A DNA stretch of 64,000 nt from an uncultured Patescibacteria group bacterium (GTDB lineage Bacteria; Patescibacteriota; Minisyncoccia; Phycocordibacterales; UBA918), in contig CAKUWT010000002.1 in NCBI GenBank assembly GCA_934699595.1, positions 37,065 to 101,064 on the forward strand. The letters are read 5' to 3'. Each line of letters begins with the position of its first letter. Position 1 is the stretch's first letter. The notes beneath the pieces are model-generated. The model ran no database searches. It worked only from the letters and a program-made list of their open reading frames with translations, and had not been told where the DNA came from. The position numbers and the translations under genes were made by a program. Below, piece after piece: positions 16,769 to 25,385 of this stretch.

Positions 16769-17170
16769 GTGTCAAGGCTAAAAAATAAGCAAATTGGCAA
16801 TCTAGGAGAATCTGTTGTTGCAAATCACTTAGTGAGACATGGGTTCACTATTTTAGAACGAAATTACCTTAAAAAGTGGGGTGAAATTGACATTATTGCA
16901 GTCAAAAGCGATAAAGTGCATTTTATCGAAGTAAAAACTGTTTCATATGAAACAAAATCTCTATTAAAGTATGCTGTTACACATGAAACTTGGCGACCTG
17001 AAGAAATGGTGCATAAGCATAAACAAGAACGGTTTAAGCGAGTAATCGACACTTGGTTAAGCGCCACTAGTTATCAAGGAGATTGGCAAATTGATGTTAT
17101 CACCTTAAGAATTGTGCCACGTGAAACATACGCTGTTATAAAAGTCTTTGATAATTTAATCTTTGAGTGA
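16769..17170 (+). CDS. YraN/UPF0102-family putative endonuclease
   Basis: 133 aa with G..GE..A..HL...G..ILERNY....GEIDIIA....V.FIEVKT, the UPF0102 signature. Confidence 0.7.
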   Translation: MSRLKNKQIGNLGESVVANHLVRHGFTILERNYLKKWGEIDIIAVKSDKVHFIEVKTVSYETKSLLKYAVTHETWRPEEMVHKHKQERFKRVIDTWLSATSYQGDWQIDVITLRIVPRETYAVIKVFDNLIFE

Positions 17171-18117
17171 ACGCAGACATGTTACACGTGTAACTAAAAT
17201 GTCCGAATATTGAGATTTAGGACCAAAATTACGTTTTTATAAAAAACAAACATAAAATAAATGAGGACAGTCCTGCTGATAGTAGATAATTTTGTAATCT
17301 AGTTAAGAGCCAGTCATCTTTTGGGAGTAGAGGCGAGGGTTACACGTGTAACTGAATTCGCAGAAACGTAGGCTAGATTGAGCCGTCTTTGATCAGCACG
17401 CTAGAATAATGGACGTATTTATACCTGCTGGCACTACCTTCTTTAGGTAATTCTCAAAAAAAGAGAAGAAAAGGTTACCGACTGATTGGTCCAGGGCTGC
17501 CGGACTTACTGACTTGGTTAAAAAACTTCGAAATTCTTCTTGATAAACACTGCCTTGGTGCATTGGTTGAGATTACCGCTTAATTATAAGGTGATTTATG
17601 TAGAATTTACCGTTTTAGAAGTAAAAATGTTTCCCATGAAACGGCTTTTAAAAAAATAATACTTATAAATCGATCTTTGGGCAAAGACCTTAAGTCTTTG
17701 TTGGTACAACTTACTCGTTGGAATCAACTTTGGGTCATATTTTTCTAAAAAAGAGGATATAATACTTATTATACGCTGGAGTGCATCAGAAGTTTGGACT
17801 TAAATGCTATTCAGGTGTTACACGTGTAACTGGTTAGATTACAAAAATTCCAGAAACTAGTAGAATCGATATGAAATTTGGCAGAAACCGGTAAAAAACT
17901 GGCAATAACTTCTAATTATCTGTCATGGGGTTAGTTTCACGTGAAATATTTGTCTTGTGAGCTTCAGTTTAAATCTATGAGGGTTTTTGACTGGCGCAAA
18001 AGGTTAAGCAAATGGTGGAGGATTAACTGTTGTTGTATACATAGCGATATGTAATCGAACTGTGCGGTTTCAGCATGGATTGTCGATTTTTTACTTGCTA
18101 TTAAGTGGGTACTAGCC
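17171..18117. repeat. Roughly 950-bp noncoding stretch with no ORF of 60 aa or more, containing repeated 14-bp CACGTG-core palindromes and hairpin repeats
   Basis: GTTACACGTGTAAC occurs at 17181-17194, 17339-17352 and 17817-17830. GTTTCACGTGAAA(t) occurs at 17934-17946, and GTTTCACGTGAAAC lies upstream at 16671-16684. A tttgggCAAAGAC-cttaag-GTCTTTG hairpin sits near 17672-17700. Confidence 0.55.
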
Positions 18118-18390
18118 TGACTATAAAAATAGAAATGTCCTGGCGGTACTGTTCACAGAAACAGTCTCCCAGACTGTTTCTGCCCAGACAGAGTTGCTTC
18201 GCCTCTTAGCGTTAAATTGCTCACTAATATTCAGTAACCTAGATGTCGGGGAGCCGGGAATCGAACTCTACGAGTTCAGTATCCCAATTGGATATTTCCT
18301 TCGGCTGGCGCCTTAGAAATATCTCAATCGGGCTTCGATTCCTCAAGAATAGTCCCCCAGACTATTCTTGCCCAAACAACGTTAGGTTTT
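18118..18390 (-). repeat. tRNA-associated modular repeat element, copy C (minus orientation, split architecture), containing a copy of the tRNA-Pro 3' half
   Basis: On the minus strand, a tttgggCAAGAATAGTC-tgggg-GACTATTCTTG hairpin at 18345-18371 is followed by aatcgaagcccgattgagatatttctaagg and a tRNA-like end GTTCGATTCCCGGCTCCCCGACA at about 18245-18268. That end is identical to the tRNA-Pro 3' end. A second hairpin unit, CAGAAACAGTC-tgggag-GACTGTTTCTG with its agtaccgccaggacatttctatttttatag tail, lies at 18118-18185. Confidence 0.6.
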
Positions 18391-18436
18391 GTATCTGTAG
18401 TTATATGTTACTCACTAATATCCAGTAAGTCACTTG

Positions 18437-18507
18437 TCGGGGAGCCGGGAATCGAACCCGGGCCGCACGGTCCCAAACCGCGTACACTACCATTATGCTA
18501 CACCCCG
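18437..18507 (-). tRNA. tRNA-Pro(TGG)
   Basis: Hand fold of the minus strand. The acceptor is CGGGGTG/CTCCCCG with one T-T mismatch at 6:67. The anticodon loop is TTTGGGA and the T arm CCGGG-TTCGATT-CCCGG. No CCA is encoded. Confidence 0.7.
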
Positions 18508-18725
18508 AAATTGGCGTCGCTGTGCCAAAAATATATCACCTTTACGGTGAAAAAGCCAATCGGGACTGGAGAATAAGTAGAGTCAAAATTTAAGTTCAGT
18601 GCAGTTGCATAAGGTCTCTAGCAGATAAGTCAATAAATAGTGGTTCCAGCAGTCAATATTTAGTGAGTTGAATTAAGAAGTTTGTTATTAATCCCCAAAA
18701 TAGCTAAACTAACCAGACATAACAA

Positions 18726-19334
18726 ATGAAACAGGTATTTTTTATTCATGGCGGTAGCGCTTATTCCCGTTATGATGATTTCTTAGAAGCCTTAAAAACT
18801 AAGGAGTTGCGCTCAGTTACTGGAGAGTCCAGTGAGCGCTGGTCGGACAATTTGCGGCGAGATCTGGGTGGGCAGACGGAACTTTTTCAGCCCCGAATGC
18901 CTAATGCTGATAATGCGCAATATCAAGAGTGGCAAATTTGGTTTGAACGACATTTTTCTTATTTACTAGACGGAGTGATCTTGGTCGGCTGGTCTTTGGG
19001 AGGGATGTTCCTTGCTAAGTATTTGTTAGAGAATGATTTGCCGTTCCGTCCGAGCGCGTTGCTGCTCTTGGCGGCTCCTGCCGGAAGTTGTGCAAGCGAA
19101 GTTGGGGAAGATTGTGGCACTTTTCAATTTGATCCAGGCAGAATCGAGGAGTTGGCAACTAAAATGTCCAATATTCAGATTTGGCACTCGGAAGACGATT
19201 TTGTGGTACCTTACGCAGATGCTTTAGTCTATCAGGCGGCACTACCGCAGGCTAAACTGGTGACTTTCCAGGACCGAAACCACTTCTTGCTACCGCAGTT
19301 TCCAGAATTTATTGAAGCTATCCATAGTCTTTAA
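18726..19334 (+). CDS. Alpha/beta-fold serine hydrolase (YdeN/RBBP9-like)
   Basis: 202 aa with a GWSLGG nucleophile elbow and later Asp/His candidates (SEDDFVV, RNHF). Confidence 0.65.
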   Translation: MKQVFFIHGGSAYSRYDDFLEALKTKELRSVTGESSERWSDNLRRDLGGQTELFQPRMPNADNAQYQEWQIWFERHFSYLLDGVILVGWSLGGMFLAKYLLENDLPFRPSALLLLAAPAGSCASEVGEDCGTFQFDPGRIEELATKMSNIQIWHSEDDFVVPYADALVYQAALPQAKLVTFQDRNHFLLPQFPEFIEAIHSL

Positions 19335-19412
19335 GGTGTGCTCGGGTAACTTTTCCCGAAAAACAGCGTAAGAGTTCGGATTAACTAGCGTCTACGTATA
19401 TAATGGTTCCAT

Positions 19413-20018
19413 ATGAGAGAACAGCTGTCAGAACCCGGAAACCAGGAGAAAGACTTTCTAGAGGCCTTTCATCAGTACAACGATGCTCTTTTTAGGCACG
19501 CTTGGATGCGTATCAGTGATCGAGAGAAGGCGATTGACTTAGTGCATGACACCTTCACTAAGGTTTGGGGGTATATTCGTAACGGTAAGGAAGTAGAGCA
19601 GTACCGCCCTTTTCTTTATAAGGTCTTGAATAACCTTATTATTGATGAGTACCGGCGTAAGCGCGAAACCTCCTTAGATGCCCTCTTTGAGAAAGAGGGG
19701 GTAGATGAGGGAACTTTTCCTGAGTTATCAGAAAGTACTGCTGAAACCCTCGCGGCCACTATGGATGGGCAACAGGCCTTTGATTTGGTGGGAGAACTAC
19801 CAGATACTTACAAAGAAATTCTCATTTTACGGTTTGTTGATGGTTTGGGGCCAAAAGAGATCGGTGAGCTGGTGGAGGTGAGTGAAAACGTGGTCTCGGT
19901 GCGTTTGCATCGTGGTCTGAAGATGCTCCGAGAGAAGATTGAGTCTGAGAGTTTGGCGGCTGATGAGCGACGAGAGATCAAGAAAACCCGAGAAAAAAAT
20001 AAACATGCGAAGATTTAG
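19413..20018 (+). CDS. RNA polymerase sigma-70 factor, ECF subfamily
   Basis: 201 aa with a region-2 motif (FRHAWMRISDREKAIDLVHDTFTKVW) and region 4 (LILRFVDGLGPKEIGELVEVSENVVSVRLHRGLKMLR). Confidence 0.85.
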   Translation: MREQLSEPGNQEKDFLEAFHQYNDALFRHAWMRISDREKAIDLVHDTFTKVWGYIRNGKEVEQYRPFLYKVLNNLIIDEYRRKRETSLDALFEKEGVDEGTFPELSESTAETLAATMDGQQAFDLVGELPDTYKEILILRFVDGLGPKEIGELVEVSENVVSVRLHRGLKMLREKIESESLAADERREIKKTREKNKHAKI

Positions 20019-21342
20019 CGAACAATTTTATAAAAAAGCTCAGAGTGTTAAGTTGAGCATAGCGGAAAAGTCTGAACTAGAGAGACAGCTGCTTACTTAT
20101 ATTGAGTATCACCCGCTGGCGGCTACTAGTGTAGTAGCGGGACAGGCTGGGCAGCGAGTGGCTAGTCCGTGGTATCGCTACCTACTTGATTACCGAGCCG
20201 TTGGCGCTATGGCGGTGATGTTTTTAATGATTGGTATTCCTTTGTGGGCAGAAAGAACTTTGCCTGGTGATGTTTTGTACCCCGTTAAAGTTAAGGTTAA
20301 TGAGGAAGTCTGGAGTTCTCTAGCTAGAACACCTTACGAAAAGGTTGAGTGGGAGGGTGAGCGACTGGAACGACGGTTGTCTGAGGCCCGCAAGTTAGCT
20401 GATAGCGGACGTTTGACTCCTGAGTTGGAGGCAGAAGTGTCGGCTAATGTTTTAGCGCATGCTAAAAGTGCTGATCAAAGTTTGGCAAAGTTGCGGACTG
20501 AGGACGAGGCGAACGCTGATGCGGCTACGATGGCTTGGAATTCCAGTTTAGAAGCACAGGTGGCGATGTTAAGTTTGAGTAATGAGATTGAGGGAGAGTC
20601 TGACACCGGTATAGAGGCAAAGCCTCTGGTGGCCCTGGCGAGAACTTTGGGTGAGAGTCTTCCTGCAACCGATGTCACTTTAAAAGCAACTTATAACGAC
20701 CTGGTTGCGCAGCTAGACAAAGACTTTAAGAAGAATGAAACAGCCTTAGCAAAATTAAGGAAAGATCCGACCGTGGAAGCTGACTTTACCGCAATTGAGA
20801 AAAGTCTGAATGATCTACAGCAAATCGCTTCGACTATTTATGAGCAGTATTCAGAAATTGAGTCTGGACAGCAATCTGTAGATGATAAAGAGGCTCTTCT
20901 TAAAGAAAAACGTGACGCTCTACGTAAAATTCTTCGTGACAGCAAGAAGTTAAATATTTTCTTGACAGAGTTGGAAGTACGTAAAAAGATCACTATCGAC
21001 CAGGTTTTTCTGGATAATCTCGATACTAAAGCAGCGGTTAAAACTTTGCAGGCGGAGATTAGTAAGGATCTAGAAATTTTAAGAAAATGGTTAAGTGAGG
21101 AAAGTCGGTTGACAGCGGTAGAGAAGCAGACTCTGACCAATGATTTGGATCGGGCTGATCAGGCGATTTTTGTTGAAGATGTTAGTCTTGAGGAGTTAAA
21201 AAAGATAAGATCTGCCCTAGAGATAGAATTGAAACGAAAAGAAGAATTATCGCTAGGAGCGACTGGGGGAGAGGCGACTAACCAAGGGGCAGCAACCGGA
21301 ACGAAGTCTTTAGAATCTCCAAGTTGGATGTTGCCGAGATAA
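20005..21342 (+). CDS. Putative membrane-anchored anti-sigma factor-like protein with a large coiled-coil extracytoplasmic domain
   Basis: The ATG at 20005 overlaps the sigma stop codon, implying translational coupling. One TM helix (AVGAMAVMFLMIGIPLWA) is followed by a long K/E/L-rich helical region. The track's earlier start at 19939 is out of frame with the sigma gene. Confidence 0.45.
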   Translation: MRRFSEQFYKKAQSVKLSIAEKSELERQLLTYIEYHPLAATSVVAGQAGQRVASPWYRYLLDYRAVGAMAVMFLMIGIPLWAERTLPGDVLYPVKVKVNEEVWSSLARTPYEKVEWEGERLERRLSEARKLADSGRLTPELEAEVSANVLAHAKSADQSLAKLRTEDEANADAATMAWNSSLEAQVAMLSLSNEIEGESDTGIEAKPLVALARTLGESLPATDVTLKATYNDLVAQLDKDFKKNETALAKLRKDPTVEADFTAIEKSLNDLQQIASTIYEQYSEIESGQQSVDDKEALLKEKRDALRKILRDSKKLNIFLTELEVRKKITIDQVFLDNLDTKAAVKTLQAEISKDLEILRKWLSEESRLTAVEKQTLTNDLDRADQAIFVEDVSLEELKKIRSALEIELKRKEELSLGATGGEATNQGAATGTKSLESPSWMLPR

Positions 21343-21389
21343 TTTACAAAACTTGTAGAAAAAGCCTTTCCGAAACGGAAAGGCTTTTT

Positions 21390-22493
21390 CTACAGGTTTT
21401 GCTCTAGGAGACTGGTTAAGAATGGACTCATGATTTCATTAAAAATGTTTGCGCGGGTGGTGATGTTGCCGCTGATGTTAGTTTTGAGATTCGCGCCGGT
21501 TTCTTCGGTGATTGTGCGATCGATATGGCTTAAGGTAATGGCCCGCAAGCTCCCCACGCCCTCGGTTGCGTCGTTGCCACGAGTAGTAATAACACCGATG
21601 ACAGAATTATGACTGTTGGCTACCGGGCCGCCAGAAGCGCCGTGGTTGCCGAGTTCGCTTCCAGAAAGAGCGATAACATCAGCATAGCCGGAGCTAAAAG
21701 TGTATAGATTGGTAATGTTAGCGCTAGCAATACTAGGAATGAATAACCCCGTGCGCCCGTCGGTGAAAAGGCTGGTGGCCGGATAACCGGCTGCCCGGAC
21801 AGTGCTACCTTTGATAGAAGTTGGAAGCAGGTCAGTAGTAATAGCTAGAGCTGGGAAAGTATCGGGCAGAGGAGTTACTTCGTCAATATTGGCGGAAATA
21901 TAAAGAAGAGCGTAATCGCGCTCGCCAGTGCCGAGAGGAAGGGTGTCGTTGATCGCTGCAGCATGCTCTTGAATCCAGGCGGGTGAGATATACAGCAAAT
22001 CAGCTATATAATGTGCCACTGCCGGTGATCCGGTGCGCACCACGCAGGACGCCGAGTCTAGATAATCAGTATTTTTCAGCAGTAGAAACTGTGCTACATG
22101 AGCGTTGGTGAGAATAACTCCTTGGTTGCTGATGAAAAAGCCTGTTCCGGTAGTGGTGCGGAGGCTGTCTTTGGTAGTAATGGTGCAAAAAATATTTACT
22201 AAAGCCTCTAAGGGGTTGTTGGTGTAGGTGGGTTGGGTGCCAGTACTGCCGACAAGGTTAGCTTGTTGATAGCGAAGACTGTTTAGGAGGATATCAGGAA
22301 TGGGCAGGGTTTTGTTGGAGAGCGACTGGTTAATGAGAAGGCTGTCGCGATGAGGTGGAAATAAAGCGGTAAGACTGTTGGTGTCATTGAAATACTGCCA
22401 CCCCCAAAGGCTGCCCAAGAGTGCGGTCAGTACCAGTAAAACCTTTAAACTAGTTGACATAGTTGTGCTAATTGTAGCATGGGTGGAGGCCAT
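21390..22493 (-). CDS. Secreted or membrane-anchored trypsin-like (S1/chymotrypsin-fold) serine protease
   Basis: 367 aa with an N-terminal hydrophobic signal/anchor. His is in TNAHV and Ser in GNHGASGGPV, a GDSGGP-like motif. Confidence 0.6.
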   Translation of the reverse strand: MASTHATISTTMSTSLKVLLVLTALLGSLWGWQYFNDTNSLTALFPPHRDSLLINQSLSNKTLPIPDILLNSLRYQQANLVGSTGTQPTYTNNPLEALVNIFCTITTKDSLRTTTGTGFFISNQGVILTNAHVAQFLLLKNTDYLDSASCVVRTGSPAVAHYIADLLYISPAWIQEHAAAINDTLPLGTGERDYALLYISANIDEVTPLPDTFPALAITTDLLPTSIKGSTVRAAGYPATSLFTDGRTGLFIPSIASANITNLYTFSSGYADVIALSGSELGNHGASGGPVANSHNSVIGVITTRGNDATEGVGSLRAITLSHIDRTITEETGANLKTNISGNITTRANIFNEIMSPFLTSLLEQNL

Positions 22494-22569
22494 TGGTGCT
22501 GGCGATAGTGAGGCGGCTGTGCTAGAATGCAGGGAACTTTTTATAAAGTTGTGCGAAAAAATAGGATTT

Positions 22570-22640
22570 GCGGGTGTAGTTTAGTGGTAAAACGACTGCC
22601 TTCCAAGCAGTAGTCGGGAGTTCGATTCTTCTCACCCGCA
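22570..22640 (+). tRNA. tRNA-Gly(TCC)
   Basis: Hand fold. The acceptor is GCGGGTG/CACCCGC, the D stem GTTT/AAAC, and the anticodon stem ACTGC/GCAGT with loop CTTCCAA. The T arm is GGGAG-TTCGATT-CTTCT. Confidence 0.8.
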
Positions 22641-22770
22641 CGAGTACAAAAATGAGCGTCCCGTCAGGGCGCCATTTTTGTTCGTGCGGGTGAAGGGAGT
22701 CAACTGCTTGGCTTCCGGGAAGAATCGAAAGGCGGAGCCATGTCGCCTTGCGACAAGTGAGCCGGGGTCG

Positions 22771-22952
22771 AGAACACTTAGTAGATTTGGAGGCGTCAGC
22801 CGAACAAATATACTTAGTGATTCGTGACCGATTCGTATCGCCCTCACTCGCACTAGATGATTTACTAGATATTAAGTAAGTCATAAAACTTTAAATAATT
22901 AACCAAGCACTGTCTGGGGTACTGAGCCCATAAGCTTCGATTCTTCTCAAAC
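22771..22952 (+). repeat. tRNA-associated repeat element, copy D, ending in a degenerate copy of the tRNA-Gly(TCC) 3' half
   Basis: cacttagtagatttgg...cagccgaacaaatatac is also present at 14679-14725. Then ctGGGGTACTGAgcccataaGCTTCGATTCTTCTCAaac ends it, compared with the tRNA's GAGTTCGATTCTTCTCACCCGC. A 5'-like fragment tgcgggtgaaggg lies at about 22684. Confidence 0.5.
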
Positions 22953-22979
22953 AAACCTTCTTACATTAAGATAACCACT

Positions 22980-24077
22980 ATGAATATCATTACTAATCTA
23001 CAGAAACTCGTTGCTTTTCCTACCGAGACGGGGCGGAAGACGGAGACTTTGTCACTGTTTTCCTTTGTGCGGTCGGAGCTGGCAGATTTGCCACTACATT
23101 TTACTGAGCGCGAGTATCAGAATTTTCCTGCCTTACTCATCACTACTCGCGATACTAAGACGCCGAAGATCTGGCTCTACTGTCATGTTGACGTGGTGCC
23201 GGCAACGACCGAGCAATATCAAGCGATTGAACAGAATGGTCGGCTTTATGGCCGGGGAGTCTTTGATATGAAATTTGCTCTGGCATCTTACCTCAGCCTC
23301 TTTCGTGAGTTAGGCGAGAGTCTGACTGATTTTGATTTGGGAATCATGCTGGTCAGTGATGAGGAGGTGGGCGGCTTTAACGGAGCTAATCGGTTACAGC
23401 AAGAAGGTTTTTTGTCGAAGGTAATTATTATCCCGGACGGTGGCGATGATTTGCGCGTAGAAACCAAAGCTAAAGGCATATGGCATTTAACCATTCGAGC
23501 GGAGGGTAGGGGTGCGCATGGTTCGCGTCCGTGGGAGGGGGAGAACGCGATTGAGCAGCTGAGTGATTATTTGACCGCTTTACGTCAAGCAGTGTGTCAT
23601 CAAGATAAAACTGAAAAGTGGTGTCGTACTCTCAGTACAGGCATGATCACGGGTGGACAAGCGGTCAACCAGGTACCAGATTATGCTGAGGCAAAGATTG
23701 ATATCCGACTTATTTCTAATGAGGAGAAAACGGAAATTGAGCACATCTTTACCAGTTTGCAGGCAGAGTATCCGCGGGTGACGGTGGAGACTGATATGTT
23801 GGGGAGTTGTGTAAATACCGACATTAATAATCACTATTACCAATCATTCGTGGAAATTACAGAAAGTATTACTGGAGTGGAGCACGTGCCTGTTTGTAGC
23901 TATGGCGCTAGCGATGCCCGGTTTTTTGTATCTGATATGCCCGCGATTATCACTAGACCGACTGGTGGCGGTATGCATGGAGCGGAGGAGTGGCTCGATT
24001 TGGCTAGCTTTGCCAAATTCCATCAGATCATCATGGCGTTTGTACAGCAGAACGGACAGATTGATGTTGGTGATTAG
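22980..24077 (+). CDS. M20-family metallopeptidase (ArgE/DapE-like deacylase)
   Basis: 365 aa with LYCHVDVVPA, GRGVFDMK and SDEEVGG motifs. Confidence 0.8.
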   Translation: MNIITNLQKLVAFPTETGRKTETLSLFSFVRSELADLPLHFTEREYQNFPALLITTRDTKTPKIWLYCHVDVVPATTEQYQAIEQNGRLYGRGVFDMKFALASYLSLFRELGESLTDFDLGIMLVSDEEVGGFNGANRLQQEGFLSKVIIIPDGGDDLRVETKAKGIWHLTIRAEGRGAHGSRPWEGENAIEQLSDYLTALRQAVCHQDKTEKWCRTLSTGMITGGQAVNQVPDYAEAKIDIRLISNEEKTEIEHIFTSLQAEYPRVTVETDMLGSCVNTDINNHYYQSFVEITESITGVEHVPVCSYGASDARFFVSDMPAIITRPTGGGMHGAEEWLDLASFAKFHQIIMAFVQQNGQIDVGD

Positions 24078-24095
24078 TTGGATGGGGAATAGAAA

Positions 24096-24130
24096 GCGAG
24101 GGCCGGCAAAGCCGGCCCTCGCTTTTTTAC
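24096..24130. terminator. Bidirectional rho-independent terminator between convergent genes
   Basis: GCGAGGGCCGGC-AAA-GCCGGCCCTCGC followed by TTTTTT. Confidence 0.65.
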
Positions 24131-24156
24131 CAGTCAGCTTGATACTGACTAGGGTT

Positions 24157-24429
24157 TTATTTCAATGAATCTTTGAGAGTTTTTGAGGCGCGGAATTTTG
24201 GCACTCGCATAGCGGCCACCTTAACGGTCTCACCAGTACGTGGATTACGAGCTTCTCTGGCAGCTCGCATTTTGGCTTCGAAGATACCAAAACCTGCTAC
24301 CGATACCTGGTCACCAGCTTTCATAGCTCCCTCAATACTAGAGAAGACAGTATCGACAGCACGCTCAGCATCAGCCTTGGTGCCACCAAGAACCTCATGT
24401 ACTTTATTGATGATATCAACTTTGTTCAT
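24157..24429 (-). CDS. hup: DNA-binding protein HU
   Basis: 90 aa; MNKVDIINKV...GFGIFEAKMRAAREARNPRTGETV is HU-typical. Confidence 0.9.
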   Translation of the reverse strand: MNKVDIINKVHEVLGGTKADAERAVDTVFSSIEGAMKAGDQVSVAGFGIFEAKMRAAREARNPRTGETVKVAAMRVPKFRASKTLKDSLK

Positions 24430-24643
24430 ATGTCAGTATTTAATTTAAGTGTGGTTAAACTTCCGCGTTAGAATTTTTCCGACGCCGCCGCTTACTGCGG
24501 ACTTGCCAGTATTATATAGCAACATATATGACGTGCAAGCTATTTACACTTTAAGTATCTGTGTTTTGCTGTTTAGGAGCGACAGTAGCCGCTGGTTGGA
24601 GATGGTGGTAAGATAAAAAATATTTTAATTTTTATCATAAATT

Positions 24644-25261
24644 ATGTCAGAAACTGTAGGAATAAAAGTGGGGGTGATGGGAGCGACCGGAAGCTTCTCC
24701 GAGCAGGCGGGAGAGCGCTATCTACGCGACAACGATTTGCAGGGAGAAATTTTACCGCTCGTTAGTGCTGAAGCGGTTTTGAGTGCTCTCACAAAGGGAG
24801 AAATTGATCGGGCGGTTTTTCCCATTGAGAATAGCAATGGTGGCATTGTGCTGGAGGCAGTGCACGCCATGTCTAAATATAACTTTGAGATTGAAGCTAT
24901 GTTTGAGCTGGACGTGCATCATATGTTGTTAGTAAGGCCCGGAGTGACTGCCGCTACTATTGATACTATTTGCTCACACGACCAAGCACTGCGACAATGC
25001 CGGATGTACTTGAAACGGGCGTGGGGTGAGGCTGAGGTTAAACCGTACAGCGATACTGCCGCCGCTGCTGCAGCGTTAGCGATAGGTGAGCTACCGGTCA
25101 CTACGGCTGTCATCGCTCCCAAACGGGCGGCGACGCAGTACGGCTTAGAAATTCTCGAAGCATCCATTCAGGATTTGAAATACAACTACACTACTTTTAT
25201 CGTGGCTAAGCAGCGAACGGTGACAGGTGAACGCGAGTTATCAACAGCTGGAGTAAAATGA
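24644..25261 (+). CDS. Prephenate dehydratase catalytic (PDT) domain protein without an ACT domain
   Basis: 205 aa with GATGSFSEQA...FPIENSNGG matching the PDT domain. No regulatory ACT domain follows. Confidence 0.7.
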   Translation: MSETVGIKVGVMGATGSFSEQAGERYLRDNDLQGEILPLVSAEAVLSALTKGEIDRAVFPIENSNGGIVLEAVHAMSKYNFEIEAMFELDVHHMLLVRPGVTAATIDTICSHDQALRQCRMYLKRAWGEAEVKPYSDTAAAAAALAIGELPVTTAVIAPKRAATQYGLEILEASIQDLKYNYTTFIVAKQRTVTGERELSTAGVK

Positions 25262-25385
25262 GATTCTCGATAATCAAAGTTGGTTATAATTAAAGCACCC
25301 GCGAGGGCTCATGAGATTAAGGTACACAGCTGTTACCTGAATCAAACTGATAACAAACCTTATCAATAAAAATTTAAGAATCAAT

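Noticed and set aside
14441-18390. Possibility that the repeated hairpins form a CRISPR array
   Set aside because: Repeat units are not identical, are irregularly spaced (hundreds to thousands of bp apart), occur in both orientations, and are not separated by uniform-length spacers. No cas genes are present.
22522-22884. 120-aa and 73-aa minus-strand ORFs
   Set aside because: They overlap tRNA-Gly(TCC) and its downstream repeat element.
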